A stretch of 64,000 nt of DNA from Pyrodictiaceae archaeon. GTDB taxonomy: Archaea > Thermoproteota > Thermoprotei_A > Sulfolobales > Pyrodictiaceae. Numbering within the stretch: position 1 is the first letter of the stretch; each line of letters begins with the position of its first letter. A program made the translations under genes and the position numbers. The notes under the pieces were generated by a model, which was given only the letters and a program-made list of their open reading frames with translations, was not told where the DNA came from and searched no databases. Positions 9,173-18,753 of this stretch are shown in pieces. Location of the stretch: positions 452,880 through 516,879 of the forward strand of contig JALVSY010000007.1 in NCBI GenBank assembly GCA_027036135.1, written 5' to 3'.

Positions 9173-9237
9173 GCCTCCGAAGAAGGGGTTTGGTCAGCAC
9201 AGCGCTGTGCTCAGTACTCGGCAAACACTTCATCGGC
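9173..9237 (-). ncRNA. C/D-box sRNA with two guides complementary to neighbouring 23S rRNA sites
   Basis: Minus strand: GCC-gATGAAGT-GTTTGCCGAGTA-CTGA-hairpin GCACAG/CTGTGC-...ACCCCTTCTT-CGGA-GGC. Guides pair with recalled archaeal 23S ACUCGGCAAAC and GAGAAGGGGU. C' box is degenerate. Confidence 0.75.
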
Positions 9238-9303
9238 TCCGAGAATAGCTAGGAAAAATTATAGGGGTTGATTAATCCCTAGCGCTACTTGGTGAAGGGA
9301 CGA

Positions 9304-9414
9304 ATGGGTGGCAGGCAGAGAACAACTCTATTCATGACAGCTGAGGAGAAAGCTGCTTCAAAGACTAGGGAGGCGAAGCAGACAAAGACCAAGAAGGGTA
9401 AGGGCAAACGATAA
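9304..9414 (+). CDS. 36-aa Lys/Arg-rich microprotein; absent from the ORF track
   Basis: MGGRQRTTLFMTAEEKAASKTREAKQTKTKKGKGKR*. GGTGA at 9291-95, AT-rich promoter-like tract around 9253-63, CTTTTT after the stop. Confidence 0.55.
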   Translation: MGGRQRTTLFMTAEEKAASKTREAKQTKTKKGKGKR

Positions 9415-9457
9415 CAATACCTTTTTATCGATAAGTTATTAAGTTGCATTTTTATCA

Positions 9458-10363
9458 ATGTATACAGTTTGTGTGCTATACTCGTCTTCTTCAGTGATAC
9501 GAGAAGCGGTGCACCAAAAATTGACTGCTAAGAAGCGTCGATGCAAGCTAGGTGTAGCGCTAGCGGCATCGTATACGTTAACTGAGCCATCGCTTCTCCT
9601 CAAGACGATAAAGATAGGTGTCCTCGGGAGACTATTAGCAGTGTTTAGAGTCGATAATGTGGTCTTCTTCATAGACCGTGCTGATGCCTGGAAAGAGGCT
9701 AGCCTTGCCAAGCGAATACTAGAATACATGGTTACAGCTCCTTATCTACGCCGATACGTCTATCCCCCTAATGTCCCGGATCTACGCTATGCAGGGGTCT
9801 TGCCCCCGCTTCAGCTTCCTACGCATGGTGTCGGTGGACCACGCGAGGGAGAGATTCGGGAAGCCCTTGTACTTAGACCAGTGAGGCAAGGTGTAGTAGT
9901 GGAAGCAGGGCTGAGTAAGCCAGTACTTGCGAGAACGAATAAGAAGTATAGGAGAGGCCAGAGAGTACTGATACGAATAGAGTCTCTTTCCCCGATATCG
10001 GTAACCCTGTTGCAAAAAACCGATATATACTCGGGGTTCTCAGTCCATATAGAGGAGTCCCTTACAAGGCTTTTACGCAAATATCGTGACAAATACTATG
10101 TTATCGCAACTAGTAGAAAGGGTAACACCATAGATATAGAAAACTTACGTGCCAGGAGCCACTCGGTATGCAATAAAGGCGTACTAGTAGTGTTTGGCTC
10201 GCCTAGTGAGGGCTTATTCGAGCTAGCTGAGCATGAGGGACAGAGACTGACTAGCCTCGTAGACGAGGTTGTGAACACGGTTCCGGGCCAAGGCACACTA
10301 ACAGTTAGGGTTGAGGAAGCTGTAGCAGCAACCTTAGCGATACTTAACCTATTCTTGGACTAA
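9458..10363 (+). CDS. SPOUT-family RNA methyltransferase (MTH1/C9orf114-like); true start probably further downstream
   Basis: LRYAGVLPPLQLPTH, VVFGSP..G, NTVPGQGTLTVRVEEAV; conserved position upstream of rpl3. Confidence 0.9.
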   Translation: MYTVCVLYSSSSVIREAVHQKLTAKKRRCKLGVALAASYTLTEPSLLLKTIKIGVLGRLLAVFRVDNVVFFIDRADAWKEASLAKRILEYMVTAPYLRRYVYPPNVPDLRYAGVLPPLQLPTHGVGGPREGEIREALVLRPVRQGVVVEAGLSKPVLARTNKKYRRGQRVLIRIESLSPISVTLLQKTDIYSGFSVHIEESLTRLLRKYRDKYYVIATSRKGNTIDIENLRARSHSVCNKGVLVVFGSPSEGLFELAEHEGQRLTSLVDEVVNTVPGQGTLTVRVEEAVAATLAILNLFLD

Positions 10364-10474
10364 ACGGATCTACCCCTCTCGTTGCTTTATGCGTTGACGC
10401 GTAGGGATAAAAACGAGTAGAGGTAGGGACTGGCTACGGGAGCACGGTAGTAAGGAATACGGTGGTGGTGCAGA

Positions 10475-11518
10475 GTGGGTGCGAGGAAAAAGCATGCGCC
10501 TAGACGAGGTAGCCTAGGACTAAGGCCGCGGAAGAGGGCATCAAGGCTAGTGCCCCGTATAAAATCGTGGCCAGAGGTTGTGAGCGAGAACCCGCTACCC
10601 CTTGCATTCCTAGCTTATAAGGCTGGCATGACGCATGCATTCATGATAGATGATACACCTGGCTCAATGACTCATGGAAGAGAGATATTCGTTCCCGTAA
10701 CGGTTCTCGAAGCACCCCCCATGGTAGCTGTAGCACTCCGCGTCTATGGCTATGACCCCAATATAGGGCTCTATACTATGGGCGAGGCCTGGGCGCAGCC
10801 GGAGGCGCTAATCAATCAGTACAAGCTCGATATAAACCGGGCTATTCCGCGCCTAAGGTTCCCCGATACCGAGAAGGCTGTAAAGAGGCTAGAAGAGAAG
10901 CTCAGCGATATCTACGATGTGAGGATAATAGCAGCGTCACAGCCACGCCTAGTAGGTGGGCTGAGCAAGAAGAAGCCAGACCTAATTGAGATAAAGATAG
11001 GTGGTGGTAAGAGCCTAGAAGAGCGCTTCAACTATGCAACAAAAATACTTGGTGGCGAGATAAAGATAACCGATGTATTTAAGGAAGGACAGCTGGTTGA
11101 CGTCATAGCAGTCACCAGAGGCAAGGGGTTCCAGGGCGTAATAAAGAGGTTTGGAGTAAAGGAACTCCCAAGATGGCACAAGCACAGAAAGGGTAGTAGG
11201 AGCGGTCCAGGCACACGTGGCCCGGCAACCACGTTCTCTTGGAGCGAGGTACCGCAGCCAGGCCAAATGGGGTACCATAGGCGAACGGAGTATAATAAGC
11301 GAATAATCAAGATAGGCGAGAACGGCCTAGAGGTAACGCCGGCAGGCGGCTTCCTCCACTACGGTATAGTGAGGAGCACATACGTACTACTCGCGGGCAG
11401 CGTGCCAGGTACGCCAAAGAGACCAATAGTGTTAAGACACCCAGTGCGCCCCACGTGGACGCCGGAGGCTCCTCCACGAATCACGTTTATCAGCTTACAA
11501 AGCAAACAAGGCAACTAA
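10475..11518 (+). CDS. rpl3: 50S ribosomal protein uL3
   Basis: HAPRRGSLG..RPRKRA, YKAGMTH, GKGFQGVIKRFG, GQMGYHRRTEYNK. Confidence 0.98.
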   Translation: MGARKKHAPRRGSLGLRPRKRASRLVPRIKSWPEVVSENPLPLAFLAYKAGMTHAFMIDDTPGSMTHGREIFVPVTVLEAPPMVAVALRVYGYDPNIGLYTMGEAWAQPEALINQYKLDINRAIPRLRFPDTEKAVKRLEEKLSDIYDVRIIAASQPRLVGGLSKKKPDLIEIKIGGGKSLEERFNYATKILGGEIKITDVFKEGQLVDVIAVTRGKGFQGVIKRFGVKELPRWHKHRKGSRSGPGTRGPATTFSWSEVPQPGQMGYHRRTEYNKRIIKIGENGLEVTPAGGFLHYGIVRSTYVLLAGSVPGTPKRPIVLRHPVRPTWTPEAPPRITFISLQSKQGN

Positions 11519-11553
11519 AAATAATCAATAAATATATGAGGTGAGCCGGCACC

Positions 11554-12387
11554 GTGGGTAGCTTAGTGGGCTCAACAATATTTCTCCTAGCCCGTGAACC
11601 AGCAGTCGTGCCAGTATATTCTAAGAGCGGTGAGAAAGCCGACGAAGTAAGGCTCCCCAGAGTATTCGGTTTACCGGTGCGGGTTGATCTCATAAGGCGG
11701 GCGTTCTTCTCTGAGTTCACCGCCAGGCTTCGGCCGAAGGGCCGCGACCCTCTCGCTGGCAAGCGTACTACAGCAAGGAGTTTTGGAGTAGGTCTAGGTA
11801 TAGCAAGAGTACCAAGAATACCGGGTCTTGGCAGAGCAGCATTCATAAACTCGGCTGTAGGAGGCCACCTGGCTCATCCTCCTAGGCCAGAGAAGAGAAT
11901 ACATGAGGAGATAAACAAGAAGGAGAAGAAACTAGCCACGGCCTCAGCGCTAGCAGCAACATCGATAAAAGACTTTGTACTGAGACGCGGCCACGTATTT
12001 AGTGCAGAGCACGTCCCAGTAATCCTAGTTGATGAAGTTGAGCAATCAATAACAAAGGCTAGAGAGGCCCGTGAGTTGTTAGAAAAACTAGGCCTATGGA
12101 GTGATATCGAGAGAGCCAAGGAACGCACACGCATACGTGCTGGTAAGGGCAAGCGCCGCGGAAGGCGATACGTAACACCTAAGAGCATACTCTTCATACT
12201 GAGTAACCACAAGTCCCCGTTTGCCCAGATAGTGAAGAGCTTTCCCGGCGTAGACGTAGCAGAGCCGTGGAGCGTCAATGTGCTACAGCTCGCTCCAGGC
12301 GCGGTACCGGGCCGTCTCACAGTCATAACCAGGACAGCACTCGAGGAGCTCTCAAAGCGCTTTGATAACATAATATTCAGGGCCTAA
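11554..12387 (+). CDS. rpl4: 50S ribosomal protein uL4
   Basis: TTARSFGVGLGIARVPR, IRAGKGKRRGRRY, LAPGAVPGRL. Confidence 0.97.
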   Translation: MGSLVGSTIFLLAREPAVVPVYSKSGEKADEVRLPRVFGLPVRVDLIRRAFFSEFTARLRPKGRDPLAGKRTTARSFGVGLGIARVPRIPGLGRAAFINSAVGGHLAHPPRPEKRIHEEINKKEKKLATASALAATSIKDFVLRRGHVFSAEHVPVILVDEVEQSITKAREARELLEKLGLWSDIERAKERTRIRAGKGKRRGRRYVTPKSILFILSNHKSPFAQIVKSFPGVDVAEPWSVNVLQLAPGAVPGRLTVITRTALEELSKRFDNIIFRA

Positions 12388-12403
12388 TACGAGGTGGGCA
12401 TAG

Positions 12404-12661
12404 ATGGGATTAGAGATACTCATTAGGCCTGTACAAAGCGAAAAAGCACTAAGGCTAATAGAGCAAAACAATACATTAACATTCATAGTTGATCGTAAAG
12501 CAACAAAACACGATATAAAAAGGGCAATAGAGGAAGCCTTCGGCGTTAAAGTAGAGAGAGTAAATACGTTGATAACGCCAAGAGGAGAAAAGAAAGCTTA
12601 CATAAAACTAGCACCGGGCTATAGTGCCGCAGACATAGCTGCACGGCTAGGAATTCTCTAA
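12404..12661 (+). CDS. rpl23: 50S ribosomal protein uL23
   Basis: [26 protein letters not shown]. Confidence 0.98.
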   Translation: MGLEILIRPVQSEKALRLIEQNNTLTFIVDRKATKHDIKRAIEEAFGVKVERVNTLITPRGEKKAYIKLAPGYSAADIAARLGIL

Positions 12662-12844
12662 CATATGTTCATCGAATTATTTTCAGACATTACTAGTCGT
12701 TTTGTCTTCCTTCGTCTTTATTATATTCAAGTAGTCTCCTCATAGTCCATGTCTCTGGATTTGTATGCTATCTTGGTGAGCAGGAACACATTCTACGCTG
12801 GTTACTTATGTTTATTAGGGGACGACGTTTTCCTCATCTATTAT

Positions 12845-12903
12845 GGAGCATGCCCGCGCGAGTGCCCCGCGTAATCGGGGCCCCGTGAGCGCGCGGAGGC
12901 TCC
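12845..12903 (+). ncRNA. GC-rich hairpin with K-turn geometry (structured RNA candidate)
   Basis: GGAGC/GCTCC basal stem; CGCGC/GCGCG stem; tandem GA (12860-61 and 12887-88) next to a CGT bulge; GCCCCG/CGGGGC apical stem. Flanks are AT-rich. Confidence 0.5.
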
Positions 12904-13031
12904 ACCCCTAGGCGTCAGGCCCCTCGTACATGCTTCTTCTCGCCACCTCAGGTCTAGGTATCATTTACTTATTTAGGTGAGTACTCTGCTGAGAGGGCAT
13001 CGGGATTACACTCTAGCGTGAGGGGTTAGCT

Positions 13032-13502
13032 GTGCCCACCTGGAAGTACTCAGTAAGGGTTGATGAGGAGCGCTCAGCTAAGGCTATGGTATGGGATGCC
13101 CCGATATCGTATAAGAAAATAGTTGAGCTTGCTAGGCTGCTTAAGGGAATGCGCGTCAATGACGCTAAAGCGTTTCTTGAGAGAGTAGCAGCGGGCAGGG
13201 AACCAGTTCCCGTGAGGAGGTATAGCGGAAAGCAAGCCCATCATCGCGGCCTAGCAGCCAAATATAAGTGGCCTATCGGCAGGTACCCCGTTAAGGCGGC
13301 TAAGATACTTCTCAAGCTCCTAGACAATGCCGTAAATAACGCAGAAGTAAAGGGACTCGATACGGAGAGACTACGAATAACACATATAGCTGTACACAAG
13401 GGCAGGGTTATCAAGAAGTGGATGCCCAGGGCATTTGGGCGCTCATCGCCGCGCTTCCGGAAGTATAGCCACATAGAAATGGTTGTAACGGAGGAGGAGT
13501 AA
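13032..13502 (+). CDS. rpl22: 50S ribosomal protein uL22
   Basis: GRYPVKAA, NAEVKGLD, WMPRAFGRSSP. Confidence 0.98.
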   Translation: MPTWKYSVRVDEERSAKAMVWDAPISYKKIVELARLLKGMRVNDAKAFLERVAAGREPVPVRRYSGKQAHHRGLAAKYKWPIGRYPVKAAKILLKLLDNAVNNAEVKGLDTERLRITHIAVHKGRVIKKWMPRAFGRSSPRFRKYSHIEMVVTEEE

Positions 13503-13506
13503 GGCC

Positions 13507-14211
13507 TTGGTGCTCATAAAGAAGTACTTTATAAGGAAAGCGATGCTCCAGACGATGATAGACGAGTACCTAGCTAAGCGCTTCTACAGAGCAGGGTACG
13601 CTGGCGTACAAATCATACAGTTCCCTCTAGGCACAAAGATATTCATTGATGCTGAGCGCCCAGCAATGATTATCGGGAGACGCGGCGAGACAATAAGGCA
13701 GCTAGCAGCTATATTCGAGCAACAATTCGGGCTACAAAACCCACAGATAACGGTTAGGAGAGTAGAAAACCCAGACCTCAATGCCCGGGTAGTCGCTTCT
13801 CGAATCGCGGTGCTACTCGAGCGTGGCGCCTACTTCCGAAGAGTAGCCCATGTCATGGCTAGGAGAGTAATGAATGCTGGCGCACTTGGAGTACAAATAC
13901 TAATCAGCGGTAAGCTACGCACAGAGCGTGCACGCTACGAGAAAGTAAGAGTAGGCAAAGTCTACTCAACAGGTCACCAAGTAGAACACATGGTTGATAG
14001 AGCAGTGATGCATGTTCTACTAAAGCCAGGCGTATTCGGTATAGAAGTGACGATAGTTAAGCCAGCGCGGCCCAGCGACTATGTGAGAATCAAGGAGCCC
14101 GAGGAGGTAAGAGAGGACATCGAGGAGATAAGGGCGGAGCTCGAGAAACTTAGAGCAGCTGAGGCCCAGAAACAAATAGCCGAGCAAGCAGGAGAAAATA
14201 AAGGAGAGTAA
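13507..14211 (+). CDS. rps3: 30S ribosomal protein uS3
   Basis: KH domain RPAMIIGRRG, ISGKLRTERAR. Confidence 0.98.
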   Translation: MVLIKKYFIRKAMLQTMIDEYLAKRFYRAGYAGVQIIQFPLGTKIFIDAERPAMIIGRRGETIRQLAAIFEQQFGLQNPQITVRRVENPDLNARVVASRIAVLLERGAYFRRVAHVMARRVMNAGALGVQILISGKLRTERARYEKVRVGKVYSTGHQVEHMVDRAVMHVLLKPGVFGIEVTIVKPARPSDYVRIKEPEEVREDIEEIRAELEKLRAAEAQKQIAEQAGENKGE

Positions 14212-14225
14212 GAGGTGCCTAGGCT

Positions 14226-14444
14226 ATGCCCAAGTTCGCGATACGTGTAGACGATATCCGCAAGATGAGCCCCGAAGAGAGGTTGAAGAAGCTCCAGGAG
14301 CTCAGAGAGGAACTCGTAAAGCTAAGACTTAAGGCAGCAATGGGTACCCTTGATAACCCAGGTGCTATAAGGGCTATACGGAAAACCATCGCTAGGATAC
14401 TCACTGTTATGAGGGAAGAGGAGCTAGCTAAGCAGCGAAAATAA
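14226..14444 (+). CDS. rpl29: 50S ribosomal protein uL29
   Basis: IRKMSPEER, NPGAIRAIRKTIARILT. Confidence 0.97.
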   Translation: MPKFAIRVDDIRKMSPEERLKKLQELREELVKLRLKAAMGTLDNPGAIRAIRKTIARILTVMREEELAKQRK

Positions 14445-14478
14445 GCTCGCATGGCATTGTTTCTTAGGGCTGCCAAGC

Positions 14479-14835
14479 TTGCGCCGACAAGCATGGAACA
14501 TAACAATACATGTGCTCGTAGGCCTTGAAGCCAAGGTTCTGAATCACCCGGATCCCTCGCTCCGTGGCCTCCGGGGCCGAATTGTGCGAGAGACCAAGAA
14601 TACTCTAGTGCTTGAAACAAGTGATGGTTCTCTCAAGACAGTTCTGAAGCCAAACGCTCTTTTTCTCCTCCGCCTCCCTGGTGGTGAATGGGTGCTTGTG
14701 CGAGGAGAAAAAATACGGGGGTTGCAGCCCGACAGGCTTAGGAGGGTAGAAAGGCTTAGGGGGGTCAAGTGGCTTGTCCGTGAAAGTAAGAAGTATAGGT
14801 ATACCTGGGCTCAAGCCACCGGAGAAAACATGTAA
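14479..14835 (+). CDS. rnp1: RNase P protein p29/POP4
   Basis: H.LVGLEAKV..HPDPSLRGLRGRIVRETKNTL; conserved position before rps17. Confidence 0.9.
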   Translation: MRRQAWNITIHVLVGLEAKVLNHPDPSLRGLRGRIVRETKNTLVLETSDGSLKTVLKPNALFLLRLPGGEWVLVRGEKIRGLQPDRLRRVERLRGVKWLVRESKKYRYTWAQATGENM

Positions 14836-15121
14836 TGATAAGAAGTGTCCCTGGCACGGTAACATAAGAGTCCGTGGACTCATACTCACTGGCGTCGTTG
14901 TCAAGGCGAAGATGAAGAACACTGTTGTCGTTGAGCGCGAATATCTCTACTACAACAAGAAGTATCGTAGGTACGAGAAGAGGAGGAGTCGCATACACGC
15001 ACATAATCCTCCATGCATTAATGCTAAGCCAGGCGACATAGTAGTAATAGGCGAGACAAGGCCCTTAGCGAAGACAGTTCACTTCGTCGTACTAGGAGTT
15101 GTTGGTAAGCAGGGAAGCTAA
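14774..15121 (+). CDS. rps17: 30S ribosomal protein uS17
   Basis: CNDKKCPWHG, HAHNPPC, GETRPLAKT. Confidence 0.98.
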   Translation: MSVKVRSIGIPGLKPPEKTCNDKKCPWHGNIRVRGLILTGVVVKAKMKNTVVVEREYLYYNKKYRRYEKRRSRIHAHNPPCINAKPGDIVVIGETRPLAKTVHFVVLGVVGKQGS

Positions 15122-15194
15122 GGATCCCCGTGTCGCTACTTGTTTCTTCACCCGGTGCCCTGCCTGGTGTTGTTAGGGTTTCTTTTGTTTAGTC

Positions 15195-15202
15195 TTTAAA
15201 TA
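15195..15202 (+). promoter_or_regulatory. Probable TATA box for rpl14 transcript
   Basis: TTTAAATA about 45 nt upstream of rpl14, after a T-rich tract. Confidence 0.5.
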
Positions 15203-15246
15203 GGCCTAGGTGCTTCTCCACCGTCTTCCCGGGGCGTGAAGCCGCT

Positions 15247-15663
15247 ATGCCCAAGGGCTCTAAGGGAGCTTCGCCGCGAAGACACATTGCTGCAGGATTG
15301 CAAGTGGGTACTTACGTTACTGTAGCCGATAATAGTGGAGCAAAGGAGGCGATGATAATAGGTGTAATAGGGTACCGTGGTCGTCTTAGGAGGATACCGC
15401 CAGCTGCGGTTGGCGACATGGTAGTTGTCACAGTGAAGAAAGGCACGCCCGAGATGAGGAGACAAGTAGTTAGAGCAGTTGTTGTGAGACAGCGCCGCCC
15501 ATACCGCAGGCCAGATGGCACCTGGGTAGCTTTTGAGGACAACGCGGTAGTAATAGTGTCTCCCGATGGCACGCCAAAAGGGAGCGAGATTAGGGGCCCA
15601 GTTGCCAGAGAAGCGGCTGAGAGATGGCCAAAGGTAGCCAACATAGCAAGCATAATAATCTAG
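15247..15663 (+). CDS. rpl14: 50S ribosomal protein uL14
   Basis: [28 protein letters not shown]. Confidence 0.98.
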   Translation: MPKGSKGASPRRHIAAGLQVGTYVTVADNSGAKEAMIIGVIGYRGRLRRIPPAAVGDMVVVTVKKGTPEMRRQVVRAVVVRQRRPYRRPDGTWVAFEDNAVVIVSPDGTPKGSEIRGPVAREAAERWPKVANIASIII

Positions 15664-15682
15664 ACACGAGGGGTGTCGTGTT

Positions 15683-16114
15683 ATGAGATGGGTTAAGTCT
15701 TCCCAGCCACGAAAGCAGAGAAGAGCACTCTTCAACGCTCCTCTGCACAAGAGACAGAAGCTCATGTCTGCTCCGCTTAGCCCAGAGCTAAGAAAGCAAT
15801 ACGGTATACGCAACCTGCCAGTAAGGAAAGGCGACGAAGTAGTCATCATGAGAGGGAGCTTTAAGGGGCATAGAGGCAAGATTGTGAGAGTTGATCTGCG
15901 GAGAATGCGTATATACGTTGATGGCGCCACGGTAAAGAATGCGAGAGGCGAGCCAAGATACTATCCTATACACCCATCTAACGTGATGATAGTTAGCCTC
16001 AACCTTGATGACAAGGCTCGCCGCGAGATAATAGAGCGTAAGAAGAAGGGAAGAGAACTCCAACTAGCCCTCATGGGGAGGGGAACAAGTTCTTCAACCA
16101 CTGCAGGCAAGTAG
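15683..16114 (+). CDS. rpl24: 50S ribosomal protein uL24
   Basis: [19 protein letters not shown] motif, IHPSNV. Confidence 0.98.
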   Translation: MRWVKSSQPRKQRRALFNAPLHKRQKLMSAPLSPELRKQYGIRNLPVRKGDEVVIMRGSFKGHRGKIVRVDLRRMRIYVDGATVKNARGEPRYYPIHPSNVMIVSLNLDDKARREIIERKKKGRELQLALMGRGTSSSTTAGK

Positions 16115-16133
16115 CCCGGCGGGGTGGTAAGTA

Positions 16134-16904
16134 GTGGCAAGAATGGGTGGAAGAAGGCACCTAAAGACGCTTGCGGCTCCAAAGTTCTGGCCTGTTCGTC
16201 AAAGAGCAGGCGTATTTACTGTAAAGCCGTCGCCGGGACCGCATCCTATTGAGCGCTCTATCCCGTTACTAATACTTGTGCGAGACGTACTAGGCTATGC
16301 CAAGACTGGTAGAGAGGCTAGGAAACTCATAGCCGAAGGCCACTTCAAGGTAGATGGAAGAGTTAGGAGGAACTATAAGTACCCAGTTGGCTTCATGGAC
16401 GTGGTAGAGATAGTTGATACTGGCGAGGCCTATAGGGTACTCCCGTACCCTGTGAGGTTCTTCACGCTTCACCCAATAAGTAAGGAAGAGGCACGGTTCA
16501 AGCTCTGTCGCATAGAGGATAAATCAACAGTCAAGGGTGGGCACATACAACTACATCTCCATGACGGAAGGAATGTGCTCATACGAGTAGAGGATCCAAC
16601 AAACCCCGTGGAGGCTAAGGAGTACCGCACACTTGGTACAGTGAAGATAAGCATACCTGAGCAGGAACTCCTAGCATATACGCCTCTAGAGACAGGTAGC
16701 CTAGCAATAATCATAGGTGGAAGAAACGTTGGTAGAGTAGGGAGAATAGTTGATATTAGGAAAGCCTTTGGCAGGAAGAACAGCATAGTTACTATCGAGG
16801 ATGTTCGCGGCGAGAAGGTGCAGACAAACCTAGACTACATATTCGTCATTGCACCGCCTAACGAGGAGCCCTGGATAAGCCTGCCCGAGGGTGCATGGAA
16901 ATGA
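16134..16904 (+). CDS. rps4e: 30S ribosomal protein eS4
   Basis: [30 protein letters not shown]. Confidence 0.98.
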   Translation: MARMGGRRHLKTLAAPKFWPVRQRAGVFTVKPSPGPHPIERSIPLLILVRDVLGYAKTGREARKLIAEGHFKVDGRVRRNYKYPVGFMDVVEIVDTGEAYRVLPYPVRFFTLHPISKEEARFKLCRIEDKSTVKGGHIQLHLHDGRNVLIRVEDPTNPVEAKEYRTLGTVKISIPEQELLAYTPLETGSLAIIIGGRNVGRVGRIVDIRKAFGRKNSIVTIEDVRGEKVQTNLDYIFVIAPPNEEPWISLPEGAWK

Positions 16905-17500
16905 GCCTGGTAATGGAAGCTGCTCAGCCAGCGCAGCCTCTACCCCTCTCTCCAGAGCAAGTAGAGGAGATTAAGAAGCGCTGGGAATCAAACCCTATGC
17001 TAAAGCCAAGGATAGTAAAGGTTACAGTGAACATAAGCGTGGGAGAGTCCGGTGAGAGGCTCCAGAAAGCTGCTCGTGTACTAGAGATGCTGACTGGGCA
17101 GAAGCCCTCGGTTAGGAGAGCTAAGAGAACAATTAGGGACTTCGGGATAAGGAAGGGAGAACCCATAGCCGTTATGGTGACGCTTCGCAGAGAGAAAGCA
17201 ATCGAGTTCCTAAAGAAAGCATTCCACGCCATGGGGTATAAGCTTAAGGCCAGCCAGTTCGACGAGTTCGGGAACGTATCCTTCGGCATAAAGGAGCATA
17301 CACTGCTACCCGGTGTACGTTACGACCCAGAGCTAGGAGTCTTCGGGATGGATGTTGCGATAACTATTGAGAGGCCAGGCTACCGAGTAGCAAGGCGTCG
17401 CCGGGCTCGGAGACCAATACCGCGGAGACATAGAGTCACAAAGGAGGAGTCAATGGTTCTTCTCAATGAGTTATTCGGAGTAGTCATAGAACCAAAATAA
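16901..17500 (+). CDS. rpl5: 50S ribosomal protein uL5
   Basis: [37 protein letters not shown]. Start taken at the ATGA overlap with rps4e. Confidence 0.97.
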   Translation: MSLVMEAAQPAQPLPLSPEQVEEIKKRWESNPMLKPRIVKVTVNISVGESGERLQKAARVLEMLTGQKPSVRRAKRTIRDFGIRKGEPIAVMVTLRREKAIEFLKKAFHAMGYKLKASQFDEFGNVSFGIKEHTLLPGVRYDPELGVFGMDVAITIERPGYRVARRRRARRPIPRRHRVTKEESMVLLNELFGVVIEPK

Positions 17501-17541
17501 ACCTCGGCTAACACTGCGTAGTGAGCGGGGGTGCCTCTAGA

Positions 17542-17706
17542 ATGGGGAAGTATAGGCCGCCAAAAATCGTCAAGTATGGGAAAGGCGCATATAAGTGCCA
17601 GAGATGCGGAAGCAGGGACGCAGTTATACATAAGTACGGGCTAATGCTCTGCCGCCAGTGCTTCCGCGAGCTCGCAGTAAGCCTAGGCTTCCGCAAATAC
17701 AACTAA
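17542..17706 (+). CDS. rps14: 30S ribosomal protein uS14 (Zn type)
   Basis: CQRCG...IHKYGLMLCRQCFRE. Confidence 0.98.
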   Translation: MGKYRPPKIVKYGKGAYKCQRCGSRDAVIHKYGLMLCRQCFRELAVSLGFRKYN

Positions 17707-17727
17707 CACGTATTAGGTGAGCTTTGC

Positions 17728-18129
17728 ATGGTAATGCTCGATACTCTTGCAAACGCTATGGCCGCGATAGTTAATGCAGAGGCACGTGCAAAGCCAGAAG
17801 TAGTGATAATGCCGGCATCCAAGCTAATAATTAATGTACTGAAAGTGATGCAGAGAGAGGGCTACATAGGCGAGTTCGAGTACATAGACGATGGTAGATG
17901 GGGAAAGATAAGAGTACAACTCCTCGGTAGGATTAATAAGGCCGGCGTCATAAAGCCTAGATTCCCGGTAAAGTATAAGGATCTACTAAGAATGCCTGAC
18001 TGGATGAGAAAATACCTGCCAAGCAGGGACATAGGAATACTGATAATATCTACAAGCCAAGGCGTAATGTCGCACAGGGAGGCAATAGAGAAGCACATAG
18101 GCGGAGTATTGCTAGCCTACGTGTACTAA
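17728..18129 (+). CDS. rps8: 30S ribosomal protein uS8
   Basis: [28 protein letters not shown]. Confidence 0.98.
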   Translation: MVMLDTLANAMAAIVNAEARAKPEVVIMPASKLIINVLKVMQREGYIGEFEYIDDGRWGKIRVQLLGRINKAGVIKPRFPVKYKDLLRMPDWMRKYLPSRDIGILIISTSQGVMSHREAIEKHIGGVLLAYVY

Positions 18130-18192
18130 TCACTGCTACTCCTATTTTTCGTCAACAATGCATGTTATATACGAGAGCGGGGGTGCGGTTTT

Positions 18193-18753
18193 ATGCCCAA
18201 ACTCGTCCACGTAGCTGAGGAGGTAAGGATACCAGAAGGAGTAGAGATTAGCATTGATGGTATGAAGGTGAGGGTTAAGGGTCCCAAGGGCGAGCTAGAG
18301 AGGGACTTCTCACATGTTCGGGGGGTCGTAATCAGGCTTGATGAGGATGAGGAAGGTAAGAAAGTGGTTGTTGAAGCTTACTTTGCTAATCGTAGGCTCA
18401 AGGCCCTTGTTGGTACTATAGCTTCGCACATAGATAACATGATTACCGGGGTAACTAAGGGCTTCAGGTACAAGCTCAAGATAGTCTACTCGCACTTTCC
18501 CGTAACAGTAAAGGTACAGGACGACAAGGTGGTTATCGAGAACTTCCTCGGCGAGAAAGCACCTAGAATCGCTAAAATAATGCCTGGTGTAAAGGTAAAG
18601 GTTCAGAAGGATGATGTGATAGTTGAGGGCATCGATATAGAGGCTGTAGGCCAGACAGCTGCTAACATAGAGCAGGCTACTAAGGTAAAGGGTTTTGATA
18701 GGAGGGTATTCGTAGACGGGATATACATCTATGAAAAGGGGGTGGCTGAGTAA
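18193..18753 (+). CDS. rpl6: 50S ribosomal protein uL6
   Basis: [29 protein letters not shown]. Confidence 0.98.
   Translation: MPKLVHVAEEVRIPEGVEISIDGMKVRVKGPKGELERDFSHVRGVVIRLDEDEEGKKVVVEAYFANRRLKALVGTIASHIDNMITGVTKGFRYKLKIVYSHFPVTVKVQDDKVVIENFLGEKAPRIAKIMPGVKVKVQKDDVIVEGIDIEAVGQTAANIEQATKVKGFDRRVFVDGIYIYEKGVAE

Noticed and set aside
9033-9233. N-terminal extension of the 255-aa YkgJ ORF
   Set aside because: Overlaps two sRNA candidates; the family domain starts near ATG 9032.
15196-15930. 244-aa minus-strand ORF and similar antisense ORFs across the ribosomal cluster
   Set aside because: Antisense to well-supported r-protein genes.
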